This document shows, piece by piece, positions 53,638 through 64,000 of a stretch of 64,000 nucleotides of DNA. Below the pieces are notes generated by a model, which saw only the letters and a program-made list of their open reading frames with translations, was not told where the DNA came from and did no database searches. Numbering within the stretch: position 1 is the stretch's first letter; each line of letters begins with the position of its first letter. Source of the DNA: the human T2T-CHM13v2.0 reference genome, Homo sapiens; NCBI RefSeq assembly GCF_009914755.1, contig NC_060929.1. One strand, written 5' to 3'. The translations under genes were made by a program, and so were the position numbers.

Positions 53638-54265
53638 CAGTTGGCCCTCTGTATCCGTGAGCTCTATATCTGTGAATTCAACCAAGTTTGGATGGAAAAT
53701 TTTTTTTTTTTTTTTTTTTTTGAGACGGAGTCTCGCTCTGTCACCCAGGCTGGAGTGCAGTGGCGTAGTCTCGGCTCACTGCAAGCTCCGCCTCCTGGGT
53801 TCACGCCGTTCTCCTGCCTCAGCCTCTCTGAGAAGCTGGGACTACAGGCGCCCGCCACCACGCCCGGCTAATTTTTTTGTATTTTTAGTAGAGACGGGGT
53901 TTCACTGTGGTCTCGATCTCCTGACCTCGTGATCCGCCCGCCTTGGCCTCCCAAGGTGCTGGGATTACAAGCGTGAGCCACCGCACCCGGCCTGAAAATA
54001 TTTTCTAAAAAGATAAAAAATATACATAACGATGAAAAATAATACAAATTTAAAAACCAATACAGTATAACAACTATTTACATAGTGCTTACATTGTATT
54101 AGGTGTTATAAGCAATCTAGAGATGATTTAGCAAGTATACAGGAGGATGTGCCTAGGTTATATGCAAATACTGTGCCATTTTATATCAGGAACTTGAGCA
54201 TCTGCAGATATTGGTATCGGAGGGCGGTCCTGGAACCAAGCATCCACGGATACTGAGGGGTGACA
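53638..54265. mobile_element. MER2/Tigger-type MITE in the 3' UTR, split by an AluY-like element (53700-53992, -)
   Basis: TIR-like cagttggccctctgtatccgtg ... cacggatactgaggggtgac. Confidence 0.8.
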
Positions 54266-54828
54266 TTTCATGAAGTGTAGATCATTGTATTCAGAGATTG
54301 TAAATGAAAAAAATATAGAAACTATTTAGTTTTGGTAGATTTTTTTTCTGACAATGTGACCAGACTGAATTTCCTCATAAAGAAAAAATGGCGTGCCTTG
54401 TGTCTGTGTTTCTCTTTTCTCTGAAAGGATTAATAGATCTGAAGCTTTGGGCCACTCAGAGCCTTCCTTGATGCTGCCAGAGTCTTCTTATTTAGATTTT
54501 CTGTCTTAAACCATTGGAAGCAAAACCGTTTTCCCATGACATTCTGGCCTTGGACAGATTCTGTTGTCCTCGACGCGTCTCTTTATAAAGTGGTAAAAGC
54601 CTGAAATTCAGGGCAGCTCTCCATGAGGTGCTGAAGGGCTCTTTTCATAAGAAGCTAAGGCACTGCTGCCTGCCCCAGGTGTCCCGCTCCTCTCAGAGTC
54701 CTCCCCCTACCAGGTAGTGTGTAGCTCCATTTCAGAATGTTAACCTCCAGTGAAGAGCTAATGACTGGTTAGAAGATTGACAAACTAACCAAAATTTTAC
54801 ACACTCCGGTTATGTGTGTGAAAGGTTA

Positions 54829-55250
<422 letters not shown>

Positions 55251-55503
55251 TTATAAGAAAGAACAAATCAAGATTGGCAATCCTTGCCGATCTTTTAGAA
55301 ATACCTTTTCTGGAGAAAAAAAAATCCACATGAAGTGCAATAAGCTTATAAAGCTAAGTAGTTATTAATATTTCTATTAACATGATACAAAGGATGATGA
55401 TTGTAAGTGTTTACTGACTGGCAGCTTTTATTTCAGTATTAGCACAGCGTCTTGCCAGTGTTGGAGGCCATGTATTATTTCAGTTCAACTGGATGAAATG
55501 TTA

Positions 55504-55526
55504 AATAAACTCAGAATGAAAATAAA
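55504..55526 (+). terminator. Candidate distal polyadenylation signals (AATAAA x2)
   Basis: AATAAA at 55504 and 55521, followed by T-rich and GT-rich sequence (gtttgtgtgtt ~55561). Confidence 0.65.
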
Positions 55527-56735
55527 TTCTCTCTTTTATTTGTACATAAAGGATAAAGCAGTTTGTGTGTTACAACTGATGGTACTTTTCATTCAAAGTT
55601 AATATCTACAGTACCATCAGCAACTCCTAATGAAAAGATATTTTTGTATTATGCCTTTAACAAGAAATATATTTCTATTTTGGGCTACCAGTCTCCCACC
55701 TTTTTGAACCTCATATACATAAAGGCACACCCACCCACCCCCCAAACTCCTATGACAATGTGATTCCAGGAATATTAATGATGGGCGTGGGGGATGGATT
55801 TCAGCTTGAAACTTGGATGGCCAACACCTCTGCACATGACGGTGATGGAAACATGCTTCTATATTATTGATCTGATTCTAACCTGGCACTGGCATTTACT
55901 AACAGAGAAAGTCTAAATTAACCTAAGTTTGGGGAGTGCCTTAATAAAAGACTTGATACAGAGCTGAGCATTTTAACTTCCTTGGCCATGTTTCTGCATT
56001 TGTTTTGCTACAGTAACTCTGTTGTCACTGAAATTATTTAAATATATGCAAGAGCGTAGGTCTAGAAGTCAGACAGAGCCAGGTCCAATCTACATTGCGC
56101 CCATTTATAAAATACGCATTTGGGCCAATGACATTCTCTGTGACCTTCAGTTTTGTGGCTTTTGTTTTGACTGTTTGGAGAAATCATTGAATCATAGAGT
56201 TGTTACAAAGATTAAATGAGCTAATCCCTGCACAGCTGTCACCATATTGCCTGGCACTTAGTAAACAGTCAATGAATGGTTGCCTCTTGTATATTTGCTC
56301 TAGAGACAGCGGGTATGCCTTCAAAATGCCAGTATATCATTGCTAAAGGTAAGATTTCAGAACCCTGGCAACTTTGCCAGAGATGGCACACAACTTAACT
56401 AAAAATCACAGATTAAAATGGTCAAGTGGAGACTTTAAATCCATCCCTTAAAAATGTCCAACAATTAAGGTTTTGCATAAATGAGACAGAAGTAGGAAGA
56501 GTCTCCACTCACAGATGAGGAAACGGGCTTGCATCAGTGAAGTGCATGCTCCAGGCTGCTCCTGGTCACTTGAAAACCAGATCTGACACCCACACCTACA
56601 GCCCTGTCCAAAAATGTAGACAACTGGAATATGCTAATAAAATTAGTTTTTCTTCTGCATATTCAGAGTTTTACTAAAAGCTGCAGGAAAATAAGATTAC
56701 ATTTGGTGGGATGAGATAAAGCATCACTTAAACCC

Positions 56736-56890
56736 TGGATAGTCAAAGTGTGGTCCGCAGACCAGAGACATCCAAACTTGTTAGAAATGCAGATTCTTAG
56801 ACCAGACCCCAGACCTGCTGAGCCAGGATCTGACGGATACCCAGAGCCCCAGGTGATCCCTGAACATGTCGCAGCTTGAGAAGTTCTGGC
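56736..56890. mobile_element. MER5A-like MITE
   Basis: caaagtgtggtcc...ttgttagaaatgcagattct...tgagaag. Confidence 0.7.
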
Positions 56891-57439
56891 TACAGCCACA
56901 TTCCTGGTGTTCCCAGGGGTCAGTGAGCTTCATTGGGTCAATTAGAGGAAAACTTGTGATTTTCCATGAATTTGAATATTTACCCCTCACCAGATTCCAA
57001 GAAACCATGGGAAGGGTCATCGTTGACGTACTTGGGGGCACATAACAATAAGCTCATGACGGCAAGGATTTGGATTTCTGTTCTGTCCATTGCCATATCC
57101 CCAGCACCTAGAACAGTTGACACTAACCCGGGGGCCATGTGGTCATTGGGTTCAACCTGGGCTATTTCTAGGAATATGCAAAGTATACTTAACCTCCTAT
57201 CCAAATGTGGAAAAGAATCCATTTTGTGTTACAAAGAGGTCATCACCAGCATGTGGAAAGAACAGGGAATATGAGATTTTCTGAGAAGAGGGCTAGAGGG
57301 GAAATGACTGTGAGCAACCACGTTATAAGCATTGTTCTGGAATGAGCCCTTTCCTTGCAGAGGACACAGTGCCTCTGAGTTTCTGGAACAGAAGGAAACC
57401 AGGGCTGATACACATAGGGGCTTGTTTAATCCTCACTGA

Positions 57440-57842
<403 letters not shown>

Positions 57843-58206
57843 CAGAACCACGATCTTAATTTATACCTCCCAAATTCTCATAGCTTCCCCATCAACAGGA
57901 ATAATTATAACCAGCTTTAGAACAACATTTCACAATCTCCACAGTGTTCTTTACATGCATTCTTCCTTGCAGTTCCCCCAAGGGTTCCTCTGAGCATCAT
58001 CTCCATTCAAAAGGTAGGGAAAGTCTTAAAGAAGTGAAATTGTTTGCCACAAACCTTACCCGAGATATTCAAAAGACCACGAAGGGTTTTATTCACTTTC
58101 ACATACACATACATACAAGGTATGTAGAATATGTAGAGTTCCAATGAGCACCCAGCCAAGGTCAAAGGTAATTTCCAGGTGGGGCCTCATATGAGAATCA
58201 TAGAAG

Positions 58207-58383
58207 CAATGGTTCTCAAAGTGTGGTCCCTGGACCAGAGCATTAGCATCACTGGGACCTTTGAAATTCCCATTCTCAAGCCTATCTCGCACTTACCAAA
58301 TCAGAAACTCAAGCTGGGACCCAGCCAACTTTTAACAAGCCTTCTGAATGATTCTGATGGACATTCAAACTTGAGAACCATTG
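58207..58383. mobile_element. MER5A-like MITE
   Basis: TIRs caatggttctcaaag / cttgagaaccattg. Confidence 0.82.
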
Positions 58384-59001
58384 GTCAGGAGGATGAATGC
58401 TTGGAGTTGGACCTCCCAGGCTTGGATTCAGCTCAGTTCTTCAAACTGAGGTAGGCTAACCTCTCTAAACCTCAGTTTTCTCATCTGTAAAATGAAGATA
58501 CTACTGCTTCCCTCACTGAGTTATTGTGAGGATGCAGTGAGTATTAGCAAATAGGCAGCCCTTAACCTGGTACCTGGCACAGGGCACATCCAATACATTT
58601 TAGCTAAATGTAAGATGGATGCGTGATCCCTGGGACAAAAGGCTGACAACATTTTGCTGGTAACCCTTTTGGGAAACAGCTACTCTCATGAGTGCTGATC
58701 AGAGTGCAAATTGCTACAATGTCTACAAGAGTTTGGCAGTATCTATCAAAAGGTATAAAAGCATAACTCTGTTTTAAGCAGTTTCACTCCTGAAACCTAA
58801 TCCCACAGATGTATACACTCATGTTCACAGAAGAACAAGGCTACTCCTATGGAAGCCATATGAATGGAGCCTGTTGGGTGGATTTGGAGGAAGGGGAGGT
58901 TGGAGGATGTTTTCCAAAGATGGTGAGAAATTTTCAGGCAGAAAAAAATACTAAGTGTATACTACTATGGGGTAATCCAACGTACAAAAATAAATTTTTC
59001 T

Positions 59002-59403
<402 letters not shown>

Positions 59404-60921
59404 CTACGTGATGAAACTGAAAGTCATTTTTAAATTTTCTTCTTTATGCTTTTCTATTTTTGCAGATTCTTTTCTGCCTCTGCACTCAGGACATATTAAA
59501 TGCTATTTTAAAAATTCTATGTACATTCTAATCTCAATTTTGTAATAAATACATCGATATGCATAAAAGACATATAAGAAGAATATACACCAAAATGGTT
59601 AACAGTTGGTGTCTCTGAGTTTGCAGGTAATCTTTATTTTATTTACACTTTTCTAATTCCCAAATTTTCTGGAATGCACCTGTATTCATATTATAATCAA
59701 AAAACCACCCAGTTCAGGCCTTTGAGTAATGTCATAGCTTGAAGCAACACCCAAGTCTTCAGGCTTCCTCGCAGGGTGGGCGATGATTCCGGCCCAGGTT
59801 CCCATGCTGGCAGCCCTGGGACAACCCTCAGCTCTCCCAGCTCGAAAGCCTTGGGGATACTGAGCCAACCGTGGACCCTTCCCTAGATTCCAGCTCCCTA
59901 CTGGAAAAGATGGAAACAGCGTGGACCTCAGGAGCCTTGTCAGGCCTGAATCAGGCTCTGATTTCCGAGCCAGGAGAGCGGCGCAGCGCTGAGAGGCGAC
60001 GCCAGGGCGCAGCATTGTCTGCAAGATCGCGCTGCCGGAGCCGGGCGCTCCCCGCAGCTGCCGGCAGGTGGCCCAGGGCAACCGCTTGCCTCCCGCGGAC
60101 GTGCATCTACCAGGCGAAGTCAGGAAAGAGGCAGCGGAAGCTACAAGAAAGATATGGTCTCTCCCGCTGCGGCAAGCTGGGAAGATGCCCTGGCTTGGCG
60201 TCCCACGGATAGGAGTGGATTTGTCCATTCCGGATGCATTTCTTTAGGGTACATTGTACCGGGCATCTGGTTGGGGGTGGGAGGAGAGGACAAAAAACCA
60301 GGGTGGACCAGCCCCTGTCCTTGCCCTCAGCATCGTCAGCACTGTGACACACAGGTCAATTAACACCAGGTTCTGCAGGAGCACGGAGGCTGAGCCCTGA
60401 ACCTTGGCGGTGGGAAGGGAGCAGGGAACAGGGAGGGCCTTAGGGGATGAAACCTCAGCCACACCAGAAGGATGAGCAGGACCTCCTCACTGGGAGCAGC
60501 AAATGGCAGAAAAAAAACCAGGGCTTCTAGGTATGCACTGTCTAGGAGACAGTGCATACTAAGACCTGGAGACCAGGGAAAGTGTGGCTGAGAGTAGTGT
60601 GCAGGAAGATCCCACCAGGATGCCAAGTCATGAGGGCCCTGCAGTGCCCACAGAAGCAGCATGGATTTCATCCTAAAAGTTGGGGCTCCTTCGGAAAAGT
60701 TTTGTGCAGAGAAGGAGCAGTAGTTAAATCTTAGCTCTGCCACTGTTTCTGTGATACGAGACAAGCCACTTGCCTTCTCTGGTCCTCAGTTTTCTCCTCT
60801 ATAAAATGAGTACAATAAAAGCTACCTTACAGTCTTTTTGTGAAGATTAAAAGGGGTAAACAGAGAACCCTGAGTCAATGCCCAGTATGTGTGACTTGCC
60901 TTCCCTTGTCCTTTTATTTCT

Positions 60922-61261
60922 TTTTATTTTTTATATACTTTAAGTTCTAAGGTACATGTGCACAACGTGCAGGTTTGATACATAGGTATACATGTGCCAT
61001 ATTGGTTTGCTGCACCCATCAACTCATCATTTACATTAGGTATTTATCCTAATGCTATCCCTCCCCCAGCCCCACACCCCCTGACTGGCCCCGGTGTGTG
61101 ATGTTCCCTGCCCTGTGTCCAAGTGATCTCATTGTTCAATTCCCACCTATGAGTGAGAATGTGCAGTGTTTGGTTTTCTGTCCTTGTGATAGTTTGCTCA
61201 GAATGATGGTTTCCAGCTTCATCCATGTCCCTGCAAAGGACATGAACTCATCCTTTTTTAT
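60922..61261 (-). mobile_element. 5'-truncated primate L1PA 3' end with 16-bp TSD ttgtccttttatttct
   Basis: tatactttaagttct..gtacatgtgcacaacgtgcaggtttg; TSD at 60906-60921 and 61262-61277. Confidence 0.92.
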
Positions 61262-63128
61262 TTGTCCTTTTATTTCTCTGCAATAACATTCAGATGGAAA
61301 AGACAGATAAGCGAGCCATCTCCAGCACGGCCACAGTGTCAGCCTGGCAAAAATTAGTAGTCCAGGGGAGTCATCTCAGCTGGTTTCCAGGGGCCAGGAA
61401 ATCATTTTCATCATGTTTGATTGCAATCAAGAACAAGTTCTGCCCTCTTATTCCCGTTAATAATAAAAATGTATCTTAAAAAATGCATCTTATTCTGATT
61501 ATAAAAATACTATCTCCAGGAAAGATGGTAGCTGAGAGAACAATTTAAAAAAAAAATTAAAATTAGAGAAGAAAATGCCAACTCCATTGAATGCAAAAGA
61601 CCCAACCTCATGATACAAACTCTAAATAATAATTTTCATCCAGAATGTAGGAGGGGGGATCCTGGGACCCACTTCTGGAGTGGAGCAGCATCAGGTGAGT
61701 GAGAGAAGGGCTGGGCGCTGGGTAGGACATGAGGGTGCAGGTGCAGACACGTGTGAGGAGGACAGGAACCAAGAAGAACATTTTCCTCTGATCTGGTTCC
61801 CTCACTGAGGGGTGAGTCACAACAGGAAGTCCAGTGATCATCAAGATCCAGTGAGGAGGAAGAAGATACCATAACCAAGAGAGAAGATGAGGCTGTATTC
61901 AACTTTCCTGGGAAGCTCAGCTACCTGCGCTCGTTTGCAAGACAAAATCTGGGTCATAGGGAATTAACAAAAGAATCCTAAGCAGCTAAGTTGAGCCTCA
62001 CAATAAAAAGCAGAGAGAGTAAGAAGAGGGGGCAGATAGGGTCCACAGCAACTGAGAGTGGTGAGTGGGCAAGAGGCAGTTTTGGAGAGAGAAGATGCAG
62101 AGAAAGGCAGTGATGGAAGACGCCATCCTTAAAAGTTGGCTGAGCATGGACAGGACATGCCCATTTCAGTGTAGAGCAAGGCTTCTCATCCCTGGCTTCC
62201 TTCCAAAATCACCTGCCAAGCGTTTCCAAGTATCTGTTGCTCAGGCCCCATCCAAACCTATTATATCTCAATACCCAAGGGAGGCCTGGAATTGGAATTT
62301 TGAGCTCCCCAGGCCAGTCTGAGGTGCAGTCAGGATTGAGAATTGCTGTTCTAGAGATAGAATTGTGCTTTGATCTACTTTAATAACTTTGGAGGTTGAT
62401 GGATGGTGTTTTTAAATGCATTATACTGATGTGAATGCCCAGACCTGAGCTAAGAATATTGACATTTATTATCTCATTTAAATCCAGTGTGCCCCTGTTT
62501 ACAGATAGTGGTGGCTAAAATTCATTGAACAGTTATTTTGCCTTAGACAACACCTCATTTAATCTCACAACAACCCTGTGAAATAACTAGTTATCCCCTG
62601 CTACACAGATGAAGTTATGGCATAGAGCATTGAGGTAACTTGCCCAAGATCAGCCAGTTAATAAACGGCAGAGGCAGAACTGAGCCTGCCCATCTGGCTC
62701 TAGGGCCTCCTGGTCAATACACCAACATCTGCCCAGGTCCCCCTTCACTTGCGTTTCATCAGAGGGAGGGGCAGGCCAGCCCTGATCCCAAGGTAACCAC
62801 AACCAAGACTCCATTCAGACTGGCCTGGGAGAAGGAACCTAAATGAGGCTGAATGCAAGCAGCAGATGTCCCCGCACAGCAATTCATTTGCTACTGGGAA
62901 CATGGCTCGGCAAAGACTCCAGTATGAATGGAGTTTGCAATTTGAAAGATGATGTGTCTGGAGCCCTGCGGCGTGCTTTATTCCGGCGTGCACCTGCCTC
63001 CTCCATTCATTCCCATCTCCGCTCCCATCCTCGCTCCACCTCAAACTCTTCTTCTTCCCTCTGCCCTCCTTCACACCTCAACCTCTCTGACCTAAAAAAC
63101 TTGGTTTATTTTTACTATAAATATAATA

Positions 63129-63430
<302 letters not shown>

Positions 63431-63921
63431 AAAATAATACTTTCTCATAAGAATAAGATAGCACCGAAGTACATCCCAACGCTGCATGCCGCCATCTCCT
63501 GCTGGGTACAATTTCCTGTGTGTTCATCCAGGCCTAGCATAGGCTCATACAAACATTATGCTCATCTGTAAATGTTTCTGCTTTTGAATTGTCTGTAAAA
63601 ATTAAATCCTGTTATACAAATTATACTACAACCTTATTTTTTTCTCCTTAAAAATATGCCATGAACTTTTTTCAAGACAAAATATATTAATCTTTCTCAT
63701 TTTTAAGAGCTTCATAGAATTCTGACATACTAATTCCTATAATTTATTTATCATTCCCCTATTGATGAACATTTATTTCCACAATTTTGCTACTACACAC
63801 ACACAAAAAAAATGCTGTCATGAGTCCCCTTGTGCATAGCTTTATATTCTTGTGCTATTGTTTCTGTAAAAGAGGTTCCTAGAAGTGAGATTAGCTAGTT
63901 CATAGGATGTGAGCATATACA

Positions 63922-64000
63922 TTTCTTTTTTTTTTTTTTTTTTGAGATGGAGTCTCACTTCGTCACCCAGGCTGGAGTGCAGTGGCATGATCTCGGCTCA
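63922..64000 (-). mobile_element. Alu cut by the window end
   Basis: Poly-T followed by gagatggagtctcac. Confidence 0.9.

Noticed and set aside
59686-60228. 180-aa minus-strand ORF downstream of the gene
   Set aside because: Overlaps the GC-rich patch; no recognisable homology or exon structure

Overview
Primate (human-like) genomic DNA holding one complete protein-coding gene on the + strand, SFXN1 (sideroflexin 1, a mitochondrial inner-membrane serine transporter). It has a CpG-island promoter, a non-coding exon 1 (donor after 4431) and ten coding exons from 17896 to 52518. These splice with GT-AG junctions into a 969-nt ORF (322 aa, [21 protein letters not shown]...RRVYFNKGL*). A 3' UTR of up to about 3 kb follows. 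The rest is mostly interspersed repeat: about 40 Alus plus L1, L2, MIR, MaLR and ERV LTRs, and hAT/Tigger MITEs. Almost all ORFs in the supplied track are Alu-derived or GC-rich artefacts. I found no evidence of a new gene system. The least explained structure is a 4.4-kb patch of intron 1 (11.4-15.8 kb). It contains a ~440-bp inverted duplication of largely non-repeat DNA and two short locally templated insertions copied into and out of its spacer. Other points of interest are an inverted Alu pair in the 3' UTR and an Alu geometry that could circularise exons 3-6 into a stop-free ORF. Repeat boundaries and family names were called by eye and are approximate.
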